A stretch of 64,000 bases of DNA from Candidatus Eiseniibacteriota bacterium (GCA_963762255.1 CAVXKA010000001.1:1024001-1088000); one strand, 5' to 3'. Shown: positions 10,675 to 19,859, counted from the stretch's first letter. A program made the numbers and translations. Notes: generated from the letters alone by a model not told the origin.

Positions 10675-10734
10675 TCAGACGGCCGGTCCCCGGAGGCGCA
10701 CCATGACCGATTGATTGCAGTTGAGGGCAGACAT
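10675..10734 (-). CDS. Putative leader peptide MSALNCNQSVMVRLRGPAV upstream of rsgA
   Basis: Strong SD GAGGAGG (10744-10750) before the ATG; lies between a sigma70 promoter and rsgA; overlaps a long inverted repeat. Confidence 0.6.
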   Translation of the reverse strand: MSALNCNQSVMVRLRGPAV

Positions 10735-10782
10735 GGCGTGGAACCTCCTCTCTGAAGTGGGACGCTGATTTCTTTCCATAAC

Positions 10783-10811
10783 AGAATAGGATGTCCGGGC
10801 ACGAGAGTCAA
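10783..10811 (-). promoter_or_regulatory. Sigma70-type promoter for the leader-rsgA transcript
   Basis: Minus strand TTGACT-17 bp-TATTCT. Confidence 0.65.
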
Positions 10812-10861
10812 GAACGGACGAGGCGCGGCAGTCCGGGGAGAATCGCGCCCACGACACTCGC

Positions 10862-11587
10862 TCAGTAGCGCAGAAGAACGAGCGCCGCGGTCGCCTCGCC
10901 GCGGCACGGGTCCCAACCCAAACGCAAGCGAGGACTCCGGTCCAGAGCGGCCCGGTCGTCTCCACCGCGATCCAGGATGAACTCCTGGAGCAGGTAGGCG
11001 CCCGCGAGCACGCCGGAGACGATCATCCAGGTTTTCGCCTTATCGTCGTGCGCTCCCGTCTCGTCATACTGGATCTCTGCTGCTGCGTCGTCGCCGGCCA
11101 AGGCGAGATCTTTGTACTTCTCGTAGGTGTCGTTCCCCGCTGAGCGCTCCGTATAGGCAAGGACAGCGGCGGCGCCCGCCCCGGCAAGGCAGGCGTACTT
11201 GAGGATCCGCCGACCACCTCCCGCTCCGTGCGCTGGGGCCGCGGTTGAAGACTCCTGTCGAGTAGACCCGGTCTCCACCTTGCCGGGCCCGACCGGCCGG
11301 GTGGTCTCCGGCTCCGGCACCGGTTGCACATGGTCTCGCGAAACCCATCCGACCAGCCCCGCACCGGTCCGGACCTGCAACCACCCTTCTCGCTCGTCCA
11401 ATCGCGCGAGGATGTCTCCACGGACCAGGGAGGCGAGGACGCGCGCGTCCGTGCCGGGTGATTCGCGGAGGTTGAGCCGCGAGGCGGTAACCGAGACCCG
11501 CTGCTCACCGCCTGCGGCAGGCTCGGGGATGGAGAGTGTCGCCACGCAGAATAGGACCAGGAGAGAGCAAGTAATGTAACTGCGCAT
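10862..11587 (-). CDS. Exported SH3b-domain protein with C-terminal hydrophobic helices
   Basis: Signal peptide, then LNLRESPGT...W..V....G..GWVS (bacterial SH3). Confidence 0.75.
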   Translation of the reverse strand: MRSYITCSLLVLFCVATLSIPEPAAGGEQRVSVTASRLNLRESPGTDARVLASLVRGDILARLDEREGWLQVRTGAGLVGWVSRDHVQPVPEPETTRPVGPGKVETGSTRQESSTAAPAHGAGGGRRILKYACLAGAGAAAVLAYTERSAGNDTYEKYKDLALAGDDAAAEIQYDETGAHDDKAKTWMIVSGVLAGAYLLQEFILDRGGDDRAALDRSPRLRLGWDPCRGEATAALVLLRY

Positions 11588-11738
11588 GGGATCCCCGTGT
11601 GAACGCGTCCGCAGCCGGGGGATGCTCGGACGGCGTAATCGCGGGCTCAAGATACCAGAAATCTCGCGACGAAGCGCGCCCCACGGAAAGCGACTCCCGG
11701 ACGTCGGAGCGTCCCTGGCCGGATGCCGGTGGCCGGCC

Positions 11739-13289
11739 TCAGAGCGGGATGTTGCCGTGCTTCTTACTCGGCAGCGACTGCCGCTTGTTGCGTAGCGAAT
11801 GCAGCGCGCGTATGAGCCGCGGCCGTGTCTCCCGTGGCTCGATCACGTCGTCGAGATAGCCCAGCTCCGCCGCGACGTACGGGTTGGCGAACTTGGCGTT
11901 GTACTCGTCGATGAGTCGCTTGCGCTCGGCGTCGGGGTCTGGCGCCGCGGCGATCTCGCGGCGGTATAGGATGTTCACCGCGCCCTCGGCGCCCATCACC
12001 GCCAGCTCCGCCGTGGGCCAGGCCACGTTGAAATCGCCACGGATGTGCTTGGACGACATGACGTCGTAGGCGCCGCCGTAGGCCTTGCGCAGCACGACCG
12101 TCAGCTTGGGCACGGTCGCCTCGCAGTAGGCGAAGAGGAGCTTGGCCCCGCTGGTGATGATGCCGTTCCACTCCTGTGCCGTCCCCGGCAGGAACCCCGG
12201 CACGTCCTCGAAGGTCACCAGCGGGATGTTGAACGCGTCGCAGAAGCGCACGAAACGCGCTCCCTTGACCGAGGACTGGATGTCGAGCACCCCGGCCAGG
12301 AAGCGGGGCTGATTGGCGATCAGCCCCACCGGATACCCGTCCAGCCGCGCGAATCCCACCACGATGTTGCGCGCGAAGTGCTCGTGTACCTCGAGGAACT
12401 TGCCGTCGTCCACCACGCCCTTGATCACATCCTTGACGTCGTAGGGCTTGTTCGACTCGGGCGGCACGAGGGTCTGAAGGCTTTCGTCCATGCGGTTGAC
12501 ATCGTCGGTCGGCTGGCGGTGCGGCGGATCCTCGACGTTATTTTGCGGCATGTATCCCAAGAGTTCACGGATGAGGCGCAGCGTGTCTCGGTCGTCGGCG
12601 GTGGCGAAGTGGGCGACCCCGCTCTTGGTGTTGTGGGTCATGGCCCCGCCGAGTTCCTCGTGGGAGACCTCCTCCTTGGTCACCATCTTGATCACGTCGG
12701 GCCCGGTCACGAACATCTGGCCCGTGCCCTTGGTCATGATCGTGAAGTCCGTGATGGCCGGGGAGTAGACCGCGCCACCCGCACAGGGCCCCATGATCGC
12801 GGAGATCTGGGGCACGACCCCGCTGGCCAGCGTGTTGCGCAGGAAGATGTCGGCGTAGCCGCCCAGGCTTGCCACCCCTTCCTGGATGCGGGCGCCTCCC
12901 GAGTCGTTGAGCCCCACGACCGGAGCTCCGTTCTGCACCGCGAGGTCCATGAGGTTGCAGATCTTGCGTGCGTTCGACGCGGAGAGCGTGCCACCGAAGA
13001 CCGTGAAGTCCTGGGCGAACACGTAGACGAGCCGTCCATCGATGGTCCCGAACCCCGCCACCACACCGTCTCCGGTGATCTTCTTCTTCTCCATCCCGAA
13101 GTCGGTGCAGTTGTGGGTGACGAAGACCCCCAACTCCTGAAAGGTGCCGGGATCGAGGAGCAGCTCGATCCGTTCCCGGGCGGTGAGCTTGCCCTGAGCG
13201 TGCATCTTCTCGATGCGCTCGGTCCCCCCGCCCAGGGCGGCCTCGGCACGGCGGCGCTGCAGCTCCTCGATGCGGTTCTTCACGCTCAT
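11739..13289 (-). CDS. pccB: Acyl-CoA carboxylase carboxyltransferase beta subunit (PccB/methylmalonyl-CoA carboxyltransferase type)
   Basis: [36 protein letters not shown] and terminal KKHGNIPL; SD before ATG 13289. Confidence 0.92.
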   Translation of the reverse strand: MSVKNRIEELQRRRAEAALGGGTERIEKMHAQGKLTARERIELLLDPGTFQELGVFVTHNCTDFGMEKKKITGDGVVAGFGTIDGRLVYVFAQDFTVFGGTLSASNARKICNLMDLAVQNGAPVVGLNDSGGARIQEGVASLGGYADIFLRNTLASGVVPQISAIMGPCAGGAVYSPAITDFTIMTKGTGQMFVTGPDVIKMVTKEEVSHEELGGAMTHNTKSGVAHFATADDRDTLRLIRELLGYMPQNNVEDPPHRQPTDDVNRMDESLQTLVPPESNKPYDVKDVIKGVVDDGKFLEVHEHFARNIVVGFARLDGYPVGLIANQPRFLAGVLDIQSSVKGARFVRFCDAFNIPLVTFEDVPGFLPGTAQEWNGIITSGAKLLFAYCEATVPKLTVVLRKAYGGAYDVMSSKHIRGDFNVAWPTAELAVMGAEGAVNILYRREIAAAPDPDAERKRLIDEYNAKFANPYVAAELGYLDDVIEPRETRPRLIRALHSLRNKRQSLPSKKHGNIPL

Positions 13290-13470
13290 CTCCTCACCCC
13301 AGCCCGCGGCAGCGGCCGCGGAGCGACGTGGAATCCGGTTGTCCTGGCGGCGGTTGCGCACATGCTAGCCGCGCCCCCCAAGAGGGTCAACGGGCGCCGC
13401 CCCCCCGCGCTTGACGCAGGGGGACGCCCTCCCTAGCATCGTGCGGACAGCTTCGCTTGGGAGGAGTGAA

Positions 13471-14211
13471 ATGGACCTCAAGGACAAGATCGCGCTCGTG
13501 AACGGAGGCAGCGGGGACTTGGGGAGCGCCATTTGCATGCGGCTGGCGCGCGCCGGGGCCAAGATCGCGTTCACCTATCGGGCAGACAAACGCGAGGCGG
13601 ACGAGGTTGTGGAGGCCATCGAGGCCATCTCCGGGGCAGCCTTCGCGGAGGCGGTGGATCTTCTCGACTACGAGCAGGTTTCCGAGTTCACGAAGCGCGT
13701 GGTAGCCAAGTGGGGGCACCTCGACATCTTGGTCAACGCGGTGGGTGCCAAGGATCCGGCCTCCCTCTTTGAGATGACCCGGGAGCAGTTCGACCACGTC
13801 CTCGACGTGAACCTCAAAGGCTATTTCAACTTCGTTCGCGCGGCGGCCCCCGTCTTCCAAGAACAGCACTCGGGGAAGCTGGTCAATGTCGTGGCGCTGG
13901 GGGGAATCTCCGGTCACGCCATCGCCAACGAGTCGGCAGCAAAGATGGGGGTGATCGGCCTGACCCAGACCACAGCCAAAGAGTTGGGTCCCTTCAACGT
14001 GAACGTCAACGCGGTCGTGCCCGGAATGATCGAGACGGCCGCCCTCAAGGAACTCCCCTCGGAAGAGATCGATAAGGCCCTATCCCGCAGCGTTCTCGGG
14101 CGATTGGCCAAGCCCGAGGAAGTCGCCGACGTGGTGCTCTTTCTCTGCTCGGCGCGAGCCCGGCACATCACGGGCGAGGTCATTCGGGTCGATGGCGGCG
14201 AGCACTTGTAG
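13471..14211 (+). CDS. FabG-like short-chain dehydrogenase with degenerate catalytic residues
   Basis: SDR fold throughout (KIALVNGGSGDLG, VNAVVPGMIET, HITGEVIRVDGG), but YxxxK reads ExxxK. Confidence 0.85.
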   Translation: MDLKDKIALVNGGSGDLGSAICMRLARAGAKIAFTYRADKREADEVVEAIEAISGAAFAEAVDLLDYEQVSEFTKRVVAKWGHLDILVNAVGAKDPASLFEMTREQFDHVLDVNLKGYFNFVRAAAPVFQEQHSGKLVNVVALGGISGHAIANESAAKMGVIGLTQTTAKELGPFNVNVNAVVPGMIETAALKELPSEEIDKALSRSVLGRLAKPEEVADVVLFLCSARARHITGEVIRVDGGEHL

Positions 14212-14531
14212 TGGAATTAATCCTATTTAAGTGGTGTTGGGCCGGTCAGTAAGCCCTCCTCTGGGGCGGTCCAGCGTGGGATCGTGCTACATGTGGTGGG
14301 GTTCTCCCGGAGGTCGGCAGCCACAGGTAAGCTCTTTCCCTCTTGTCAGATGATCTGGCTTCGTGTACTGGTTTTGCGGTCCTATCTCGCGATCGCGAAC
14401 TGATGAGCGTTCACAGTCGGGAGATCTGGATCATGCGAGGGGACACGACCGTCCGGTCGGGCCCCGTGGAGAGGAGCGCGCCACGCCCACGGGCGGGCGC
14501 GCCAAGGACTAGCCAAGGAGGGTAGCTAAAA

Positions 14532-15026
14532 ATGAAGAAGGTCCTCTTCTTCACCGTAGCCCTGAGCCTGATCGCGACGGCGGCCATGGCACATGACGTG
14601 ACCGGCCGGTTTGGCCTGGGCTTTGTTTCGACGGACGCCCCTGTAGGCGGCCGTTACTGGTTGAACGAGAAGATGGGTATCGACGGCGGGATCGGGTTCT
14701 CGAGTCAGGACCTGGGCGAAGAAACCGCGACGACGTTCGTGCTGAACGCCGGCGTGCCGTTCATCTTCAACGCCGCGGGTGACCGTGTGAACTTCCTGAT
14801 CCGCCCCGGGATCGAGTTCACCAGCCTGGAAGCCGGCACTATCATCGAGCTGAGCGGCGCTCTGGAGTTCGAGGTGTTCGTCACCGACGACTTCTCGGTG
14901 AGCGCGGCGCACGGGATTGCCATCACGATGAACAGCCCGGACGAGGGCGATAGTGCTACCAACTTCGGTCTGTTTGGCAACAACTGGACCGGCTTCGGGT
15001 TCCACTACTACCTGAAGAGCAAGTAG
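14532..15026 (+). CDS. Small outer-membrane beta-barrel protein
   Basis: Signal peptide AMA-H, alternating amphipathic strands, C-terminal FGFHYYL; SD AAGGAGG. Confidence 0.75.
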   Translation: MKKVLFFTVALSLIATAAMAHDVTGRFGLGFVSTDAPVGGRYWLNEKMGIDGGIGFSSQDLGEETATTFVLNAGVPFIFNAAGDRVNFLIRPGIEFTSLEAGTIIELSGALEFEVFVTDDFSVSAAHGIAITMNSPDEGDSATNFGLFGNNWTGFGFHYYLKSK

Positions 15027-15063
15027 GCCGCGGGTCAAACCCGTGTCCGCAGGCTCTTGGTTC

Positions 15064-15100
15064 GAGGCCCCGTCGCGCGAGCGGCGGGGCCTTTCCTCTT
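15064..15100 (+). terminator. Intrinsic terminator between the two barrel genes
   Basis: AGGCCCCGTCGC-GCGA-GCGGCGGGGCCT followed by TTCCTCTT. Confidence 0.65.
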
Positions 15101-15135
15101 CGCGCCCTGGATGGCTCCCCCGATGCGTCCTCGGT

Positions 15136-15663
15136 GTGCTTCTCGTCGCGGTTGGGCTATTACCGGCTCAAGCGGCGCAGGCCGACGCACCGAACTCCCC
15201 GCGATTCGGCAGGGATGTTGCGGGCAGGTGGGGCATCGGGATGCTCTCCGCAGATATCCCGATCGGGGTTCGTCACCACTTCGATCACAGGATAGGAGTG
15301 GAGACCGGGATCGGTCTCGCGACCCGCTCCACCGACGGCTCGTCCCGGACCGACTTTGCCCTTGAAGGCGCTTTGCTGTACGCGCTGGCCCCCGGGGATC
15401 GGACGAACTTCTATCTCCGACCCTCCGCCGGGTTCCTCAGCGAGCAGCGAGCAGATGGAACCTACTCGACCATCGTGCTCGGCGCGGGGCTCCTCTTCGA
15501 AGTCTTTCTGACTCGCGATCTCTCCGTCTCCGCGGCCCAACGTCTGTCGATCGATTTTGTGGGCCCGCCTCCAGGTGACGGCCCGGCCTCAGACGATCGA
15601 GTCACAATCATGCTCCGCGGGGAGCGGTGGCCGCGGCTGGGCTTCGTCTACTACTTGCCCTAG
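15136..15663 (+). CDS. Second, paralogous outer-membrane beta-barrel protein (start uncertain)
   Basis: DVAGRWGIG...GDRTNFYLRP...FEVFLTRDLSVSAA...LGFVYYL aligns with the previous gene. Confidence 0.65.
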   Translation: MLLVAVGLLPAQAAQADAPNSPRFGRDVAGRWGIGMLSADIPIGVRHHFDHRIGVETGIGLATRSTDGSSRTDFALEGALLYALAPGDRTNFYLRPSAGFLSEQRADGTYSTIVLGAGLLFEVFLTRDLSVSAAQRLSIDFVGPPPGDGPASDDRVTIMLRGERWPRLGFVYYLP

Positions 15664-15726
15664 GTGGAGATCGGGTGGCTCGACGGGGACAGTTAGCCGT
15701 GGGGTGATCGATCGGTAGCCGCTGAC

Positions 15727-15760
15727 AAAAAGTTTGGGGCACCCGGCTTTCGGGTGCCCC
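15727..15760 (-). terminator. Intrinsic terminator, minus strand
   Basis: Minus strand GGGGCACCCG-AAAGC-CGGGTGCCCC-AAACTTTTT. Confidence 0.75.
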
Positions 15761-16162
15761 TACGGCGTCCACAAGAGCGGGCTTGTATACTCTTGCGACG
15801 CGCGATCCCCCCCTCAGGGATCAGGTTGGCCCCCGCCGTCCGCGCCGTCGTCCAAGAACGAGCTAGACCTTATTGGGAGGCATCCCAGGCCAAGCGGGCG
15901 CTTGCAGTGCGAACCCACCAGACGGTTCGCGATCGTCGGGAGCCAGTCGAGAGGATCGTCTCGGCCACCTTCGCGGCCGTCGGACCCAAACCTTCTTTGC
16001 CGTGATGCGCTCCCCAACGGCCTTGCAGAGAAGGCCGCGTGGGTGGCTCGAAAGGTGGCTGCCTCTTCACCTCGCGAGCCACCCTGCCGGGGTTGGAGAG
16101 TGGCACTGCGGCTTTTTGGTGCTGAAGCTGCTTCCCTCTTCCGAGAGTCTCGCTGCTTCGAC
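15727..16162 (-). ncRNA. Candidate large structured non-coding RNA (~435 nt), family not recognised
   Basis: Bounded by a sigma54 promoter and a terminator; about ten stems visible by eye; no ORF with an SD or a protein-like sequence. Confidence 0.6.
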
Positions 16163-16173
16163 GTCCTGTATTC

Positions 16174-16241
16174 GCAACCTACGTGCCATGCTCGGAATCG
16201 GACCCGTCCAATCTCGTAATCTATTATCAATCAATGAGTTA
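16174..16241 (-). promoter_or_regulatory. Sigma54 -24/-12 promoter with an upstream IHF site
   Basis: Minus strand TGGCACGTAGGTTGC (16188-16174); AATCAATGAGTTA (16229-16241) matches WATCAANNNNTTR. Confidence 0.75.
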
Positions 16242-16472
16242 GTCTCTAGCTCCGGAGTCCTTGCCGGGCGGGCTGCCGGGTCGGCGCCGGACTCCGGTGG
16301 GTACGGCGAAACCATCTCGACGACGACCGCACCTGTAATTCATTACAGGACAATGAGTTATTCGTGGGTACGGCGTACCCGTCAAACTGGACGTTGGGAA
16401 TCGTGGTAGTAACCGTTCGACGACTGCCCTGTCACGCTGGCGAGCGCTAGGATCGTCCCACCGAGGAGACGC

Positions 16473-17144
16473 ATGCCGGACTGGAATGAACTCTTCCGAG
16501 ACGATCGAAATGTCATCGAGAGCCCCGAGCCCATCGTGCTGGAGCTTGTTGCCACCCTCGCCGCGCGCTCACGAGTGCTCGATCTCGGTTGTGGAGCCGG
16601 TCGCCACCTGACCTTGCTTGCCGCGGCTTCCCACCGCGCGGTCGGGGTCGACGTGGCAACCGAGGGCCTTGCGCGATGCCGACGCCGACTCGAGGTGGAG
16701 ACCCTGCGGGCGAACCTCGCCCGGGCGGACTTCCGCCGTCCGCTGCCATTCCGCGATGCCTCATTTGACGCCGTGCTCGCCATCAAATCGATCAACCATG
16801 CGCGGCCCGAAGAGGTGACGCTGGCGTTCGCCGAGGCCATGCGTGTCCTACAGGTTGGTGGGAGGTTCGTCGCGAGCGTGATCGCGTCCACCGACGCTCG
16901 CTGCGGTGACGGGCACGAAATCGCGGAGCGCACCTTCGTGCATGACCGGCCTCCGGAAGAAGGGGTCGTACACCATTACTTCACGGAAGCTGAACTGAGA
17001 AACCTGCTTGGCCCGTGCGCATTCGTTGATCTGTTTCTCGTCGAGCGCTACGTGGCTCCCGAAGAGCCGATCTTCGGGCAGTACCGGTTTCGGGCTGGGG
17101 CGGCGCCCTTCTTCAGGCACTGGTGCTGTCGCGCCATACGCTAG
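16473..17144 (+). CDS. Class I SAM-dependent methyltransferase
   Basis: VLDLGCGAGRH and LPFRDASFDAV motifs; SD GAGGAG. Confidence 0.85.
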   Translation: MPDWNELFRDDRNVIESPEPIVLELVATLAARSRVLDLGCGAGRHLTLLAAASHRAVGVDVATEGLARCRRRLEVETLRANLARADFRRPLPFRDASFDAVLAIKSINHARPEEVTLAFAEAMRVLQVGGRFVASVIASTDARCGDGHEIAERTFVHDRPPEEGVVHHYFTEAELRNLLGPCAFVDLFLVERYVAPEEPIFGQYRFRAGAAPFFRHWCCRAIR

Positions 17145-17277
17145 CGCGCAGGCCTGTTTCAGGCCGCATCACTGTTCCAAGTTGAGACAGCACCTCTGTT
17201 TCGGATTGAATCAGAATCGCGTTGCGGCTTGCGCTCCAATGTGGGACGGGGCCTATGGCGGCGGCTAATGCTCTATA

Positions 17278-17332
17278 AAATAATGAGTTAACAGCCATTT
17301 AGCTCGCGGCCAGGAAGTGGCACGGCGGCTGC
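17278..17332 (+). promoter_or_regulatory. Sigma54-type promoter with an IHF-like site upstream of hsp20-dnaK
   Basis: TGGCACGGCGGCTGC at 17318-17332; AAATAATGAGTTA at 17278-17290. Confidence 0.65.
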
Positions 17333-17452
17333 AATTGGGGGTGCCGTACATTGAGGTGGGCATTGGAAAGCTCGCCTCTGAAGTCATGATTCCATACAAT
17401 CAACTGCCTCGCTCCGGCCGCGCCGGGGCAGGCCATCCGGAGGAAGAGAGCG

Positions 17453-17899
17453 ATGGCCATCGTACATTGGAGACCGATGGGTGATCTGGTCACTGTGCAG
17501 GACGAGATGAACCGCGTGTTCGAGGATCTGTGGCGCCGCAGCCCGCGGTCCGGCTCCCCCGGTTCGGCCGCGGCATGGTGGCCCTCGATCGATGTCCAGG
17601 AGACACAAAGCGAGTTCAGGCTCGTGGCGGAACTGCCCGGCCTCAAGCGCGATCATGTCAAAATCTCGCTGACAGACAACGTGCTGACGCTGCGCGGCGA
17701 GAAGAAGTCGGAGCAGGATCGGGAGACTGGGAGCTGGCACCAGGCGGAGCGCGCGTACGGCGTGTTCGAGCGGAGTTTTCAGCTCACGTGCCCGGTCGAC
17801 GCATCCAAGGTCAAGGCGAAGTTCGAGGACGGGGTACTCACGATCACGCTGCCCAAGTCCGAGGAGTCGCGCCCTCGTGAGATCAGCATCGAATCCTGA
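17453..17899 (+). CDS. Hsp20/alpha-crystallin small heat-shock protein
   Basis: AELPGL, ERAYGVFERSF and AKFEDGVLTITLPK motifs. Confidence 0.95.
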   Translation: MAIVHWRPMGDLVTVQDEMNRVFEDLWRRSPRSGSPGSAAAWWPSIDVQETQSEFRLVAELPGLKRDHVKISLTDNVLTLRGEKKSEQDRETGSWHQAERAYGVFERSFQLTCPVDASKVKAKFEDGVLTITLPKSEESRPREISIES

Positions 17900-17920
17900 T
17901 CCACAGCAAAGGTGACGAAC

Positions 17921-19816
17921 ATGGGAAAGATTATCGGAATCGACCTCGGAACCACTAACTCCTGCGTCGCCGTCATGGAGGGCGGCGAGCCGGTGGTGAT
18001 CCCCAACTCCGAAGGCGGTCGCACGACTCCTTCGGTGGTGGCCTTCGCCAAGAACGGAGAGAGGCTGGTGGGTCAGGTGGCCAAGAGGCAAGCCATCACG
18101 AACCCCACGAACACCGTCTATTCGATCAAGCGCTTCATGGGGCGCGCGTACGACGAGGTGAAGAACGAGTCCTCGATGGTGCCCTACGAGATCGTGGCGC
18201 ACGGAAGCGGGCAGGTTTCCGTCAAGGCGGGCGACCGCGAATCCACGCCGCCGGAGATCTCGGCCATGATCCTTCAGAAGATGAAGCAGACGGCGGAGGA
18301 CTACCTTGGCCAGAAGGTGACCGAGGCCATCATCACCGTCCCCGCGTACTTCAACGACTCGCAGCGGCAGGCCACCAAGGACGCCGGCCGCATAGCCGGT
18401 CTCGACGTCAAGCGCATCATCAACGAGCCGACCGCGGCCGCGCTGGCGTACGGGTTGGACCGCAAGAAGGACGAAAAGATCGCGGTGTACGACCTGGGCG
18501 GCGGCACCTTCGACATCTCCATCCTCGAGATCGGGGACGGCGTGTTCGAGGTGAAGTCGACCAACGGAGACACCCATCTGGGCGGAGACGACTTCGATCA
18601 TCGGATCATTCAGTGGCTGGTGGAGGAGTTCCGCAAGGCGGAGGGGATCGACCTGAGCAAGGACCCCATGGCGCTGCAGCGGCTCAAGGAGGGAGCGGAA
18701 AAGGCCAAGATCGAGCTGTCGACCACGATGCAGAGCGACATCAACCTCCCGTTCATCACCGCCGACCAGAACGGCCCCAAGCACCTGAACGTGAATCTCA
18801 CCCGGGCGAAGTTCGAGCAGCTCGTGGACGATCTCATTCAGCGCACGGTGGAGCCCTGCCGGAAGGCAATCGCCGATGCCAACCTCAAGCCGAGTCAGAT
18901 CGACGAGGTGGTGCTGGTCGGTGGGTCCACCCGCATTCCCAAGGTGCAACAGCTCGTCAAGGAACTCTTCGAGAAGGAGCCGCATCGCGGCATCAACCCG
19001 GACGAGGTCGTGGCAGTCGGCGCCGCCATTCAGGGCGGCGTTCTGGCCGGCGACGTGAAGGACGTGCTCCTGCTCGACGTGACCCCGCTTTCGCTCGGGA
19101 TCGAGACGCTGGGCGGAGTGATGACGAAGCTCATCGAGCGCAACACCACCATTCCGACCAAGCGCGCGGAGATCTTCTCCACCGCCAGCGACAGCCAGAC
19201 CGCGGTGGACATCAAGGTCTTCCAGGGTGAACGGCCGATGGCTGCCGGCAACAAGCTCATCGGATCGTTCCAGCTCGTGGGGATCCCGCCCGCACCGCGC
19301 GGGGTACCGCAGGTCGAAGTCACGTTCGACATCGACGCCAACGGTATCCTCAGCGTGTCGGCGCGCGACAAGGCCACCGGGAAGGAACAGAGCATCAAGA
19401 TACAGGCCTCCTCGGGGCTCTCCGAGCAGGACATCCAGCAGATGGTGAAGGACGCCGAGTCCAACGCGGCAGACGATCAGCGTCGGCGCGAAGAGGTCGA
19501 GGCCCGCAACAACGCGGACAATCTGGCCTATCAGGTCGAGAAGCTTCTCAAGGAGAACGGGGACAAGCTCGACGCCGAGACGCGGGCCAAGGTGGACGCC
19601 GGCGTGCAGCGGGTTCGCGAGGCGCTCAAGGGTTCGGATGTGGGCGAGATCAAGTCGTCGACCGACGCGCTGCAACTGGTCTTCCATGCCGCCACCCAGC
19701 AGATGTACCAGTCTGCGGGAGGGGCCGCCGGCCCGAGCGGGAACGAGTCACCGGGGGACGGCGGCAAGGGCAACAAGGGCTCGGTGGACGCCGATTTCGA
19801 GGTCGTGGACGAATGA
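17921..19816 (+). CDS. dnaK: Chaperone DnaK (Hsp70)
   Basis: [25 protein letters not shown] and terminal DADFEVV. Confidence 0.98.
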   Translation: MGKIIGIDLGTTNSCVAVMEGGEPVVIPNSEGGRTTPSVVAFAKNGERLVGQVAKRQAITNPTNTVYSIKRFMGRAYDEVKNESSMVPYEIVAHGSGQVSVKAGDRESTPPEISAMILQKMKQTAEDYLGQKVTEAIITVPAYFNDSQRQATKDAGRIAGLDVKRIINEPTAAALAYGLDRKKDEKIAVYDLGGGTFDISILEIGDGVFEVKSTNGDTHLGGDDFDHRIIQWLVEEFRKAEGIDLSKDPMALQRLKEGAEKAKIELSTTMQSDINLPFITADQNGPKHLNVNLTRAKFEQLVDDLIQRTVEPCRKAIADANLKPSQIDEVVLVGGSTRIPKVQQLVKELFEKEPHRGINPDEVVAVGAAIQGGVLAGDVKDVLLLDVTPLSLGIETLGGVMTKLIERNTTIPTKRAEIFSTASDSQTAVDIKVFQGERPMAAGNKLIGSFQLVGIPPAPRGVPQVEVTFDIDANGILSVSARDKATGKEQSIKIQASSGLSEQDIQQMVKDAESNAADDQRRREEVEARNNADNLAYQVEKLLKENGDKLDAETRAKVDAGVQRVREALKGSDVGEIKSSTDALQLVFHAATQQMYQSAGGAAGPSGNESPGDGGKGNKGSVDADFEVVDE

Positions 19817-19859
19817 CCGACGCGCGGGCAGGGGACGCCCGTCCGAGCAAGGAGCGGCG

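Noticed and set aside
14284-14300. NrdR-box-like CTACATGTGGTG upstream of the barrel gene
   Set aside because: A single imperfect copy with no ribonucleotide reductase gene nearby.
16101-16116. TGGCAC on the plus strand as another sigma54 promoter
   Set aside because: There is no GC at the -12 position, and it forms part of an RNA stem.
15727-16162. RNase P RNA, tmRNA, SRP or 6S identity for the structured RNA
   Set aside because: No GAGGAAAGUCC core, no tRNA-like ends or tag ORF, no SRP domain IV motif, and no single long rod with a central bubble; an Rfam search is still needed.
15734-16409. ORF-track ORFs in the 15.7-16.4 kb gap (78-178 aa, both strands)
   Set aside because: No SD, no recognisable domain, Arg/Pro/Ser-rich composition, and several cross the promoter or terminator; the region is better explained as structured RNA.
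17384-19687. Long antisense ORFs (767 aa opposite dnaK, 842 aa opposite the RND gene, and others)
   Set aside because: Expected shadows of high-GC codon bias opposite well-supported genes.
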